This document shows positions 26,705 to 38,854 of a DNA stretch of 64,000 bases, one piece after another. The notes beneath the pieces are model-generated. The model searched no databases. It had not been told where the DNA came from and worked only from the letters and a program-made list of their open reading frames with translations. This DNA comes from Eledone cirrhosa (taxonomy: Eukaryota): positions 331,390,001 through 331,454,000 of the forward strand of contig OZ024740.1 of the NCBI GenBank assembly GCA_964016885.1. Reading direction: 5' to 3'. The translations under genes and the position numbers were made by a program. Position 1 is the first letter of the stretch, and each line of letters begins with the position of its first letter.

Positions 26705-27189
26705 TGAAAAGAAATATGGAGAGTCGATCTAACAACACTAGGGTTAGAGCCCCTAATTACACTGTCAAGGAGCAGCCTGGTCGTTATGACTCTGCTGGCT
26801 TAGAGCCACAGAGAGGGCCAGTGGATGATGGGTCAGCTGTCTCTGAGACAAATATAAAGAATGCAGTTTTGTCCTGCAGAAGAGCCATCAAAATGGGCAC
26901 TTTGAATGTGAGGACTATTCGAACGCTGGAGAAGAGAGAGGAGTTGGGACATCTGTTCGAGGAGAGTGGTATACAGATACTTGCGATCCAAGAACACAGG
27001 ATTCTACACGATGAGCCCGTGAGGAGTGGGTTTTGTGTTCAGTGCAAAAACCAATCTGTTAGTGAGGGAAATAATGCCTATCTCCCCGCGAGTGTTGAGG
27101 GTGACCTTCAATGGAAACCCAAGACTGACAGTCATCTCAGCCTATAGTCCAACCGAGGGGGACAGTGATGTGAATGCGGAGGAGTTCCA

Positions 27190-27190
<1 letters not shown>
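26704..27190 (+). mobile_element. Inverted 5' segment of the RTE LINE (N-terminal APE)
   Basis: MGTLNVRT...ILAIQEHR, then (frameshift/deletion) GFVF...ISPRVLRVTFNGNPRLTVISAYSPTE...NAEEFH. This continues into the AEEFHEEV start of the minus-strand ORF. Confidence 0.88.
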
Positions 27191-27239
<49 letters not shown>

Positions 27240-27240
<1 letters not shown>

Positions 27241-27558
27241 GTACTATATATTTTCAACAGTAATACTATACTATATATTTTCAACAGTAATACTATACAT
27301 TATTATATGTTTTCAACAGTCATATTATAATATATATTTTCAACTGTAATACTATACTATATATTTTCAACAGTAATACTATACATTAATATATGTTTTC
27401 AACAGTAATATTATACTATATATTTTCAACAGTAATACTGTACTATACTATATATTCTCAACAGTAATACTGTACTATATATTTTCAACAGTAATAGTAT
27501 ACTATATATCTTCAACAATAATACTATACTATATGTTGTCAACGGGAATACTGTACTA
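27240..27558. repeat. 27-bp minisatellite (tatatattttcaacagtaatactatac)n
   Basis: Tandem copies. The array resumes at 28191-28347 and one more copy follows at ~35722-35752. Confidence 0.9.
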
Positions 27559-28193
27559 TCTATATATATAAGGATGTCTGTTTGTGTGTGTGAGTGTGTG
27601 TGTGTTTCAGTTTGAATCCCTAAAACTCGAGAAGTACCAACCGATCTTTTCAAATTTTACATGTGTATTACTTATTTTTCAAGGAGTGTTATGCACATAA
27701 ACAAATTCAACGTTTTGATCCCTTAGGGCCCGCATTAGGTGAAAAGCTGCGTTTTTTCAGCTCTTAAGGGTTTTCATGAAGCATTACGTCAGACCGATTT
27801 CCTTAAAATTGTAACTATGTATTAGTCAGTCTCTTCTTCATACCGTGAGAAAAGAAAATCCAACTTTTTTATGGCCTAGGGCCCGCATTAGGTGAATAAC
27901 CTCATTTTTTCAGCTTTTTATGACTTTTTTTCTTGCCGATTTTCCTGAAATTTCAAGGCATATTATGCACATAAAAAAATTCATTTTCTTGATCCCCTAG
28001 GGCCCGCATTAGGTGAAAACCTGCATTTTTTCCTGCTTCATCGAGGAAAATCTTAAAGATTATACAGCCATCAGAGTATTCTGTTTATTTTCCTTACATA
28101 TTGTCTAGGCATGCAGTTTTTCCACAATTAGGTATATTGGCGGCCCGCATTCCAAAATACATAATCCAGTGCAACGCCGGGTACCACTGCTAT
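27559..28193 (+). mobile_element. Non-autonomous Helitron-like element
   Basis: a|TCtatatatataagg...(gt)n 5' end; three internal repeats containing agggcccgcattaggtgaa; 3' ccagtgcaacgccggg hairpin then CTAt. Confidence 0.7.
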
Positions 28194-28831
28194 ATTTTCA
28201 ACAGTAATACTGTACCGTATATTTTCAACAGTAATACTGTACTATATATTTTCAACAGTAATACTATACTATATATTTTCAACAGTAATACTATACTATG
28301 TATTTTCAACAGTAATACTATACTATATATTTTCAACAGTAATACTGTCTATATATCTAATACAGAGAATGTCTATCTGTATGTCTGTCCCCCTAAAACT
28401 CGAGAACCACCCAACCGATTTTTTTCACACTTTACACATGTAATACTTATGGTCGTGTGAGTGTTCAGAGCAAAATATATTTCAATGCCCTAGGGACCGC
28501 ATTAGGCGCCGATTAGCGATCTCACTCTCTTTCTTAGTCTGTCTTTTTAGATAAATACATAGCTATAACGTCGCTCCCTTATAATATCTGTATGTATGTG
28601 TGATGTCTGCATTGCAAAATTATGAAAACATAAAACGCAGAAGTAAATATTTCGAAAACCTTGCAACCGAAGGAAAACAGGAAGACGATACTTTGGTTCG
28701 TGAAGACGTTCCCTGGCAATGAACAGAAAAAAGCAAAGATAATACGTCAGCAATGAGAACAATATTTGCTCTAGCCTTCTCATATATTTGATATATATTT
28801 ATCCTTATCGAGCCCTCTTTGGTTCGACTAA

Positions 28832-28900
<69 letters not shown>

Positions 28901-29465
28901 TTTTGCGAGGTTTTTTATATGAAATCGTGTGTCGAAACAGATATTGTTATATTTGGGGAGGGTCATATTTGCGTAATATTGCCAGAATTAATAACAGAAC
29001 ACACTCACTGTCTGGTTGGTTTTCGCTTCTCGCTGTCTTTTATATATATATATCTGCGATCTAACTTACTCGGTCCTCAATGTTGCCATTGACTGACCGG
29101 CGGTCAAAAATAATACAGATACAATATAGACACAAACACATATATATAGTTTACATAATTTACATAAATCTTTCGTTGCACATCTGCAACATCGTCAGTG
29201 GTGTTATATTCATTGTTCCTCCTGTTGTGTTGTATGTCTACGCCATTTTTTTGTTCAGTCTGTCTATATATTTATTTATTTATTTGCTTGTTTGTTTATC
29301 TTATTTTATTTTGTATTCTTTGCGCATGCGTTTGCGTGTGTGTATAGTGTTATGTGTGATGTGTGACTAGTGTGTATAGTGTTGTGTCTGCTGGGTGACT
29401 AGTGTGTGTTTATGTGCTTGTGTATGTATTTATTTATCTTATTTTATTTAATTTTATTTACTTAT

Positions 29466-32400
29466 TTATACTTCTCTTAGGTCAGTGTTGTTTGTTTGGG
29501 TGTTGTTGTTGTTCCACTCATTCTTTCTGTTTAGCTTTGGTCTTCTAATTTCTATTTCACTGGCCTCTCTGATTTGCCTATCTGCTGGGTCATTCCTATG
29601 TTTAGATATTATTCTAATTTCTATGTTGTCTATGTTACCGCCATGTTGTTGTCTAGCATGTTCGTATAGTACTGACCCGTTTTTTCGTCCTTTTAGTTCC
29701 CCCCAGTGTTGGTCTATCCTTTCACCTATGCTACGAGCTGTCTCACCTATGTATGTTGTTGTCATGTTTCTGCAAGTACCCTCTGTACATCTTATGCTAT
29801 AGACTACGTTTCTAGTTTTACAGTTTATCCGGGGGTTCACCTTACATATGATACATTTCCTATTAGTACAGTGAGTTTTCTTAAAAGGGTAGGTTTTGCT
29901 GATCAGGGATTTTATGGTGGTTTCTGGCTTTTCTACCACCTTTATTTTTAAGTGGGTCTTTCTCAGGGCCTTTCTACACTGGTTAGCTAATTTCCCTCCA
30001 GGGGTGGCGTCCACAAACATGACACTCTGATATCTCTGGTTGTCGTACCATGATGTGGCCTTCCCTATCTTATGTCTAGCCCTATCTAAGCTATTCCATG
30101 ATTTGCTCCTGTATAGTGGGCAAATTCCTTTCATGTCCAGTTCTATGAGGGTCTTATACTTTTCCATGGCTCCTTCGTATACTCTGACTCTGTCTCTTTG
30201 GTTGTAGCCAGAGAACTGCATGCGGTTGATGAAGTGTTGGATGTGTCCTTCCATTTCTGTTGGGTCGCACATGCTGGACACATTCTTCATCACTCGTACC
30301 AAATCTGCGATCAGAATATTAAACTTAGCACTACTGGACATTGCTGAGTTTTTGAGTATCAGGTATTTGGAGGCCATGGGTTTAGCATAGTGTGAGTGGA
30401 GAATTTGGGCTCTCTCGTCTATAGTGTTAATCCAGAGTTCTGTGTCTAATACAGCTAGTCTATTGTTAGGGTGTTTGGAAGGGAAGTCTATAGTTACAGT
30501 TATACTCTGGTGTATGGAATTAGCTATCTGCTGGATGCTTTCCATCGTGCTACGTTCTAAATCAAACTTGTTAGTGCTCTCTAGTGGGGGTGTTCTTATA
30601 ACTATATTGATATCGTCTACATAACGAGAGTACATGATGAGGTCTATGGAGCTTTCATTAAGGAGATCTTTAAGTCTCCTTTCCCACCATACCATGAAAA
30701 GGTTGGCAACATCACCAGCTATGCTGACGCCGATGGCTGCTCCCTCATTTTGGGTGTAGATTTTCTCATTGAACTTAAATATGTGGCCCTTTAGGGTAGT
30801 TTTGATACTAGCCCCTATTGCATGTGCGACCATTTTTCTTACCTGATCAGTGTTTTGGGAGGTCCGTATAGCTTTGGTCCACCCAATCCACCTTCCTATG
30901 GGAGTCTTTTTAGCCATTGAGGTTATGGTGGGGGGTCTACCTCTTATAGGTCTACTAGGGCAGAAACATCTAAGGTCATGGCTGTCTAGGTAGTCAGTGT
31001 CGTAGGTAAGTCTAAGTAGGAGGCCCAGTTCGTCTGTGTCGACGTCGCAGAACTCCACCTCACTCTCAATGATCATCTCCACACATCTTTTCACAGCAAA
31101 ATCAATGTTAATGGATGGGTAAAGTGACACCACATCCATGCTGCCTATTATGCAGTTGGATAGGCTCCTGTTTTTGTTGCACTCACTGATTCTGCTGAGG
31201 AGGTCCTCTGTACTTTCACATACATCTGGGGACATCTTGATTATGGGGCGTATAACCATTGAGAGGAAGTAGGAGATCCTGTAGTTGCTAGCTATATTAG
31301 CTCCGCATACGGGTCTTGTTGGTGGTCCTGTTGTCGGGTCGTCGACTGTCTTGTGGTCTTTGCGGATCCCATACAAGGGTGGTATGCCATTGTTAGACGC
31401 CTGGAAGTTGTTGGCAGTGCGTCTGCTTGGCTTTAGGATGTCAGTCCACATCATCATGTGAGCGTTGAGGATTTTTTCTCTCCCATAGTGTGTTAGTTGT
31501 GCAACTTCGCTCGTGTTGGTGATGTGGGGTTGCATTGCCTCGATGTAGTTCGGCATGCTATCTATTGACATCCTACCAGACTTATCTGTGGGTAGACACA
31601 CTACCTCACCATCCCTTGTGCGCTGCTTGAGGCTAACCAAGCCTTCTACAGGTTTTATCCCAAGTTGTTGGGCCTCTGGTCTGCTCTGTCTCATAGTGTA
31701 CCTGTCTACTACTTGTCTAATCTTATTTCTAGCTATGGTGAACTGTGCCTCCGTCTCGTCATCTATTTGCTGTGGTATGCAAACTCTTTTATTAAAGGGT
31801 AACCTCGTAGGATAGATATTACCCATCTTATATGTTTTGTCAGCTGGGTTGAAAAATAGTTTCTCTAAGGGGTTGTCGTTATTTCTATCGTCATAGTTGT
31901 GTGTGTTGCTATTATTGTTATCATGGTGGTTGTTGTTGTTTCTATCATTAGCATTAATATTATTATTGTTATGATTGCTAGATGTATTGTTGTTTACTTC
32001 ACCGTTATTGTTGTTGTTGTTACTGCTATTTCTACCATTGTGGTTGTTACTATTATTATGTTTCTTGTTTTTGTTGATGTTGCTACATGTACTATTTCCA
32101 TTATTACCACTGTGGTTATTGTTGTTGTTGTTGTTCGTATTGTTACCGTTATTACTACTGTGGTCACTGTTGCTGTGTCTGTGGTTAACGTTTCTATTAT
32201 TATTATTATTGTGGTTGTTGTTGTTCTGTCTATCGCTAGTATTATTGCCATTATCACTATTTCTCACTTTCCTGCCATTGTTATGGTTATGGCTGTTATT
32301 TCTATACCCAGAGTTATTGTTTATATTACTACTACCGTTATTATTGTTGTTGTTGTTTACCTTTGCATTCCAACGTATTTTTGTGAAACACTTTTCCAGC

Positions 32401-33098
32401 TCCGTTTTGCATTCCATAGGGTTAATCTTTTTGTAGATGGCAAATTTTGGTGGTAACTTTAGGATTTGTTGTTCTTGTTCACTGATTAAAGTGTTCCCAT
32501 AGATATTTACTGTGTGGTCATTGGTAAATTCTTCCGGTAGTTTTACATCACTCATACGGATGTTGTCGATGTTATCTGGGTATTTTTGAGAATATTCGAT
32601 TTTCCTTTCTTGTAGTTTTTTCTTATTCATCCATTCTAATTTCTTCTTGAAATGCCTACAGCATTCGTTTTGAGCATATTTCGTTTCGCGTCGGATGACG
32701 CTCATGAAGTCATCTCTCTCGTTTGCTGTGATGAGATTTCGGATTTCCTTACCGTTGATGCGTTTTTGTCTGTAGAGTGCGTTGACTTTTGTGTATGTTG
32801 TTCTTTTCATATTAACTGTTATTGTATGTTTTAGCCGTTCAGCTTGTGTTTTGTTCAATAATAAATTATTTACTTGTTTTGATATGTTTGTTGTGTATGT
32901 TTTGGAGGAAACACAGTGTTTTAAGAAGCGGATTTGTTCTGTTGTTATTGTAGTTTTTATATAACAGAAAACAGTGTCTTTCAATAACCTTTCAGCTTGG
33001 CACAAGCTAATGCCATAGCGGCGATGAATTAGTTTTGCGAGGTTTTTTATATGAAATCGTGTGTCGAAACAGATATTGTTATATTTGGGGAGGGTCAT
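29466..33098 (-). CDS. Intact PLE polyprotein, 1210 aa: RT + Cys-rich linker + C-terminal GIY-YIG endonuclease (Neptune-like)
   Basis: Motifs: PTDKSG, PPLYGIRKDHK, RPV, SMDVVSLYPSI, QNEGAAIG, RYVDD, VLD, HCTNRKCIIC..C, VVYSIRC...YIGETAR...R..QH, REASEI...PKLN. Confidence 0.93.
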   Translation of the reverse strand: MTLPKYNNICFDTRFHIKNLAKLIHRRYGISLCQAERLLKDTVFCYIKTTITTEQIRFLKHCVSSKTYTTNISKQVNNLLLNKTQAERLKHTITVNMKRTTYTKVNALYRQKRINGKEIRNLITANERDDFMSVIRRETKYAQNECCRHFKKKLEWMNKKKLQERKIEYSQKYPDNIDNIRMSDVKLPEEFTNDHTVNIYGNTLISEQEQQILKLPPKFAIYKKINPMECKTELEKCFTKIRWNAKVNNNNNNNGSSNINNNSGYRNNSHNHNNGRKVRNSDNGNNTSDRQNNNNHNNNNNRNVNHRHSNSDHSSNNGNNTNNNNNNNHSGNNGNSTCSNINKNKKHNNSNNHNGRNSSNNNNNNGEVNNNTSSNHNNNNINANDRNNNNHHDNNNSNTHNYDDRNNDNPLEKLFFNPADKTYKMGNIYPTRLPFNKRVCIPQQIDDETEAQFTIARNKIRQVVDRYTMRQSRPEAQQLGIKPVEGLVSLKQRTRDGEVVCLPTDKSGRMSIDSMPNYIEAMQPHITNTSEVAQLTHYGREKILNAHMMMWTDILKPSRRTANNFQASNNGIPPLYGIRKDHKTVDDPTTGPPTRPVCGANIASNYRISYFLSMVIRPIIKMSPDVCESTEDLLSRISECNKNRSLSNCIIGSMDVVSLYPSINIDFAVKRCVEMIIESEVEFCDVDTDELGLLLRLTYDTDYLDSHDLRCFCPSRPIRGRPPTITSMAKKTPIGRWIGWTKAIRTSQNTDQVRKMVAHAIGASIKTTLKGHIFKFNEKIYTQNEGAAIGVSIAGDVANLFMVWWERRLKDLLNESSIDLIMYSRYVDDINIVIRTPPLESTNKFDLERSTMESIQQIANSIHQSITVTIDFPSKHPNNRLAVLDTELWINTIDERAQILHSHYAKPMASKYLILKNSAMSSSAKFNILIADLVRVMKNVSSMCDPTEMEGHIQHFINRMQFSGYNQRDRVRVYEGAMEKYKTLIELDMKGICPLYRSKSWNSLDRARHKIGKATSWYDNQRYQSVMFVDATPGGKLANQCRKALRKTHLKIKVVEKPETTIKSLISKTYPFKKTHCTNRKCIICKVNPRINCKTRNVVYSIRCTEGTCRNMTTTYIGETARSIGERIDQHWGELKGRKNGSVLYEHARQQHGGNIDNIEIRIISKHRNDPADRQIREASEIEIRRPKLNRKNEWNNNNTQTNNTDLREV

Positions 33099-33599
33099 AT
33101 TTGCGTAATATTGCCAGAATTAATAACAGAACACACTCACTGTTTGGTTGGTTTTCGCTTCTCGCTGTCTTTTATATATATATATATCTGCGATCTAACT
33201 TACTCGGTCCTCAATGTTGCCATTGACTGACCGGCGGTCAAAAATAATACAGATACAATATAGACACAAACACATATATATAGTTTACATAATTTACATA
33301 AATCTTTCGTTGCACATCTGCAACATCGTCAGTGGTGTTATATTCATTGTTCCTCCTGTTGTGTTGTATGTCTACGCCATTTTTTTGTTCAGTCTGTCTA
33401 TATATTTATTTATTTATTTGCTTGTTTGTTTATCTTATTTTATTTTGTATTCTTTGCGCATGCGTTTGCGTGTGTGTATAGTGTTATGTGTGATGTGTGA
33501 CTAGTGTGTATAGTGTTGTGTCTGCTGGGTGACTAGTGTGTGTTTATGTGCTTGTGTATGTATTTATTTATCTTATTTTATTTAATTTTATTTACTTAT

Positions 33600-34637
33600 T
33601 TATACTTCTCTTAGGTCAGTGTTGTTTGTTTGGGTGTTGTTGTTGTTCCACTCATTCTTTCTGTTTAGCTTTGGTCTTCTAATTTCTATTTCACTGGCCT
33701 CTCTGATTTGCCTATCTGCTGGGTCATTCCTATGTTTAGATATTATTCTAATTTCTATGTTGTCTATGTTACCGTCATGTTGTTGTCTAGCATGTTCGTA
33801 TAGTACTGACCCGTTTTTTCGTCCTTTTAGTTCCCCCCAGTGTTGGTCTATCCTTTCACCTATGCTACGAGCTGTCTCACCTATGTATGTTGTTGTCATG
33901 TTTCTGCAAGTACCCTCTGTACATCTTATGCTATAGACTACGTTTCTAGTTTTACAGTTTATCCGGGGGTTCACCTTACATATGATACATTTCCTATTAA
34001 TACAGTGGGTTTTCTTAAAAGGGTAGGTTTTGCTGATCAGGGATTTTATGGTGGTTCCTGGCTTTTCTACCACCTTTATTTTTAAGTGGGTCTTTCTCAG
34101 GGCCTTTCTACACTGGTTAGCTAATTTCCCTCCAGGGGTGGCGTCCACAAACATGACACTCTGATATCTCTGGTTGTCGTACCATGATGTGGCCTTCCCT
34201 ATCTTATGTCTAGCCCTATCTAAGCTATTCCATGATTTGCTCCTGTATAGTGGGCAAATTCCTTTCATGTCCAGTTCTATGAGGGTCTTATACTTTTCCA
34301 TGGCTCCTTCGTATACTCTGACTCTGTCTCTTTGGTTGTAGCCAGAGAACTGCATGCAGTTGATGAAGTGTTGGATGTGTCCTTCCATTTCTGTTGGGTC
34401 GCACATGCTGGACACATTCTTCATCACTCGTACCAAATCTGCGATCAGAATATTAAACTTAGCACTACTGGACATTGCTGAGTTTTTGAGTATCAGGTAT
34501 TTGGAGGCCATGGGTTTAGCATAGTGTGAGTGGAGAATTTGGGCTCTCTCGTCTATAGTGTTAATCCAGAGTTCTGTGTCTAATACAGGTAGTCTATTGT
34601 TAGGGTGTTTGGAAGGGAAGTCTATAGTTACAGTTAT
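33600..34637 (-). pseudogene. 5'-truncated duplicate of the PLE ORF C-terminus (upstream pseudo-LTR)
   Basis: The 303-aa ORF is identical to the main ORF except four substitutions (R/C, E/G, T/I, G/D). Confidence 0.9.
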
Positions 34638-34670
34638 GTATATATATATATATAAAATATATATATATAT

Positions 34671-34722
<52 letters not shown>

Positions 34723-34826
34723 TATATATAAAGGACAAAAAAAATTATTTATAGGTAATCCCGTTAGAGGTTGTGAATACTTCGTATTGATAACATGGAC
34801 ACCAGTACAAAAAAGGGTGTTTATTT

Positions 34827-34940
34827 ACAGTCTAACAATTGTTTCACTGATTAAGTTGTCTAAAGTATGCTGAACACTTGAAGCTGTGCCATTCAATTTT
34901 AAATACGTTGTCAGCTTAACCAGATCATCAGAGAAACTGT
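34827..34940 (-). ncRNA. Type I hammerhead with long stem II
   Basis: Minus strand: acagtttct-CTGATGA-tctggttaag...cttaatcagt-GAAA-caattg-TT-agactgt-aaataaa. Confidence 0.7.
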
Positions 34941-35800
34941 TAAAATATGTTCAGTTTTCACGAATTCAAATTACAACATCATTAATAATAAAGATAAAGA
35001 GAGAAAAAAGAAAGAGAGATAGAGATAAAAAAAGAAAGAAAAAAGAGAAAGGAAAAAAGAAAGATATATAGAAAAAATACAGAGAGAAAAGAGGATAGAA
35101 AGAAAAGAGAAAAGGATAAATAAAAAATGAAAAATAAAGGTAAATAAAAATAAAAATAATGGGAAAAATAATATCAACAATAAATGAATAAATGCTAATA
35201 AAACAAGTGACGTCGAGGATGATGCAAAACAATACAAAACATGAAAAGAAATAAATAAAAAGTGTTTATATGTGCGAAGAAAAGTAAACATAGTATGATT
35301 ATTGAGAGTAGTTGTGGTGCAGCGAAGTCAATGTTTTCATAATGTCGTAACGCAGACAGATACATAGCTATAACGTCGCGCCCCGGTTAAGACGGCACTC
35401 ATGGCTTAGCAATTACATAGTTAACGGTTCGGAAATCACATGCATCACTGACGAGTTTACTCCTTACACTACCAGTTAGTCTGTGTGTACTTCCTCCTGT
35501 TTTTAGGTCATGCCTCGAAGGAAGAGATACTCGATTGGCCGAAATACTGCGAAAGCGGCAAGAAAAAGAACAAGGCGTGCAAACGAATCGTCAGTGGAAT
35601 CTGCTATTCGACGGTCGCAAGGCCGTGGTATTCCGTACTTCTCTGTATTGTTTCAGAAAGGATGGATAAACCTGCAAATCTATGTTTAGAATCCCGAGCA
35701 ACGCCGAGCCATTCTGCTAGTACTAAATATTTTCAACAGTAATACTATACTACAAAGACGGCCTATCGTATGTTTATCCAAGCGAAGCTAGGTACGTCAG

Positions 35801-35924
<124 letters not shown>

Positions 35925-36009
35925 ATGTCGTAGAACACGATTTATATATATATATATATATAATTATATATAATTATATAGTAACATGTGCATATGCCGT
36001 ATTTGACTA

Positions 36010-36462
36010 GACAGAATTAGTGTGTTAGTTGGAATTTTAAAACACCCTCTGAAAGGAAACAAATGTGTATTGACGTACATGGGAGACGAATCCACATATT
36101 GGGTTTGCCGTACGTAGGAATGTGTTACCCATGCCTCCTGCCATTCAATTAGAAGGTATATAACCATAGCAGTTATATATATGTACATAAATAGGTAGAC
36201 AAACGGCTATCAAATTCGTTAGCCTTTTGTAAACAAAGCCCGCTTTATGTCTCCCTATGTATATACATATAAATACTTGCTATGCTTATATAGTTTCTGA
36301 TTGAATGGGCAGAGGCATAGGTAGCATGTTGGTGTCATGGTAACCCATTGGTCTACATTAGTCCAAAGATGCGAGTTCTTGTCTCATGCACGTCAATACT
36401 CATCGTTTTATCCATTCAGAGGGGTTTTTTTTTTAATTCCCAACTCTCAGCCTAATTCTATC
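36010..36462. repeat. Diverged inverted repeat pair, possibly tRNA-SINE-like
   Basis: 36010-36150 is the approximate reverse complement of 36300-36462. Confidence 0.55.
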
Positions 36463-36559
36463 ATATATATTTATATACTGTGTTTATATATATATATATA
36501 TACGTGTGCGTATGTTTATGTGTATGCGTACGTGTGGATGTGACAGATTGTGTGGGTTT

Positions 36560-36912
36560 AGATGAATTGGGAAAGTCGTTAGAAAGCCTGCGAAAATACT
36601 TTGCGCTATTCATTCCGTCTCACTGCTCTCTGAGTTCAAATCCCGCTGGGGTCAACTTTTCCTTTCATCTGTTCTCGGTCAATAAAATATGGACCTGGCG
36701 AATACTGGTACATATTATATTACCTGGATTGGCAGTATCGGTAGAGGGTCAGACACCATGTTTGGCAGCAAAGAGTTACGGCCCTTTATGTTGAGAGTTC
36801 AAATCCCGCCGAGTTTAAATTTGCCTTTCATCCTTACGGGGCCGATAAAATAAAGAACCAGTAATACACTGGGATAATTGGTGGCCTTGTGCCAAAAGTA
36901 GAAACAATTATA
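36560..36912 (+). mobile_element. Two adjacent tRNA-derived SINEs
   Basis: B box gagttcaaatcccgc occurs twice; A box tggcagtatcgg at 36730; tail agtagaaacaattatatta. Confidence 0.8.
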
Positions 36913-37052
36913 TTACCTCATTCCCTCTTCTGATGAAAACTAGTTTTCGAAGCGTAAAGTCAGTTCTACTATTTCAAGCGATAAACAAGATGTTACTTCA
37001 TTGTTCCTTTTACTTCCTGCATACAGATACATACATATGTGTGTGAGTGTGT

Positions 37053-37112
<60 letters not shown>

Positions 37113-37117
37113 CGATA

Positions 37118-37789
37118 CTAGCCGAGTTACCCGCGCCTTGCTGCGTTTCACACATTTCTTTTATTTCTGTAAGAAAATGATGATTGATTTTAAATCAGTG
37201 ATATAATTTATTGAGAAAAACTTTGCATTTCAATATTACTCAATATAAAATGTAATGCATGAAAAATTGGAAAACATTATCTTTTGTAATATATCAAATC
37301 AAAATTAATTATTAAATCTCATTCTTATTTTGTTGCTTGTAAATATTTTTTTTCAAAATATCAATTCAAAATCATGTGAATAGGCATCATATCTTGTCAT
37401 TTAGCTATGGTTCAAATTTCATATGAATCGAAGGGAAAACATTTTCAGTGAGGGGTTTGTGCCCCCGGGGAACCCTAATAGGGGGGTTTAACCCCCCCCC
37501 CCTTTAGTGTGTCTTAATATTATTGAAATTTGCTGAGATTTTCTGAATAGGCATCATAACCTGTCATTTACCTATGGTTTAAATTTTATATAAATCGAAG
37601 GGAAACATTTTCAGCTTGGGTTTGTGCCCCCGGGGAACCGTTTGATTAAAATGAAATATACTGATCCAAATACCCTAGACAATGTATTTTCAGAATATAT
37701 ATGGTTATGGGGTTCTATCTTCCAAACCATTAGAGGGGTTTGTGAACAAACAAACAAACAGACAGGAACTACAATTTTATATATATAGA
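37118..37789 (-). mobile_element. Non-autonomous Helitron
   Basis: Minus strand a|TCtatatatataaaattg...cgcagcaaggcgcgggtaactcggCTAG|t. A-T target site, no TSD. Confidence 0.8.
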
Positions 37790-37963
37790 TATTCAAATAA
37801 CAGGATAAAATTTAAACAAAGAATCGCTTAACGGATCTTCTTTGCTTAAACTTTAATCTGTTATTTTAATAAATATTTGCTCTATGTTTTTTTATATATT
37901 TTTATATATATATTATCCTTATCGAACCTTCTTCGGATTTTAGACTTCACATTTATTTTCATT

Positions 37964-38018
<55 letters not shown>

Positions 38019-38271
38019 CTGATTCCAGATTGAGCTGATCGATGTTGACACGATTCTAGTATGCCAATAGAATTTATATATATGCTGCAACAATGATTTA
38101 GATCCTAGTTATATATATAGTAATGATAATAAATGTGAAGTCTAAAATTCGAAGAGCGCTCGATAAGGGGAATATACATATAAAAATATAAAAATATATT
38201 TTAAAAAACCATAGAGCAAATATATATATATACATTTCTGAGAGGTTCGTGCGGGCTGAATCCTCATACAT

Positions 38272-38314
<43 letters not shown>

Positions 38315-38854
38315 TGTGTCTGTGTTTGCGTTTGAGTGTGCGTCTGTTTGTGTGTTTGAATAGATTTGAAATTAAGCTTAGAGGCCTCGAACCATACTTT
38401 TTCCTTCTAGGAAATGGATTTTATTCGTTTGCAATGTTGAATTTACCATGAGATCCGCTGTCTTCAGTATAACGTAAACGTCTTTCCTTAAATGTAAGCT
38501 GTTAAACGCATACAGTCAGATTAAGCAACGCATGCTCATTCTGCGGATTACAAAACACATAATATATTAAAAGATATATGTGTTACATTTTACAAACAAC
38601 TATGTGTTTTTTAATGTATCTGTGCCATATTTAGCAAATTATAATTTGTCCGTTCATGCTACATACTCGTCACGTTTTCAGCTAAACTGTAAACATGCGA
38701 AAACTACCAATAAAATTACAACTGCGTGCTAATTCAATAATTCTAACTTTGTGGAGGCAATTTTGAACGACTTTCAAGAAGATATATCTGGTCAATATTT
38801 CAAATTTAAAAGCAAATAAAAGCTAGTCTTTGAAACTGAAACGCATTCTACGTG

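Larger units (their letters stand above)
28896..34637 (-). mobile_element. Penelope-like element with partial-tandem pseudo-LTRs, inserted in (TA)n
   Basis: 28896-30503 is directly repeated at 33028-34637 (period ~4.13 kb). The element ends with the first ~22 codons of its own ORF. (TA)n on both sides. Confidence 0.92.
28348..35720 (+). mobile_element. Helitron-like element split by nested insertions, including the PLE
   Basis: 5' TCtatatatctaata...cctaaaactcgagaa (same family as 27559). 3' cccgagcaacgccgag..gCTAG|t at 35720, after which the 27-bp minisatellite resumes. Confidence 0.6.

Noticed and set aside
27240-28347. CRISPR-like regular repeats (also 45357-45683)
   Set aside because: Head-to-tail minisatellites without unique spacers; no cas genes; eukaryotic context.
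31899-32456. Hydrophobic poly-Leu/Val/Ile ORFs (also 10376-10942)
   Set aside because: They are antisense readings of Asn/Ser-rich tracts.
29466-33098. Naiad/Chlamys-type PLE or selenoprotein
   Set aside because: The endonuclease is C-terminal and the ORF has no in-frame UGA.
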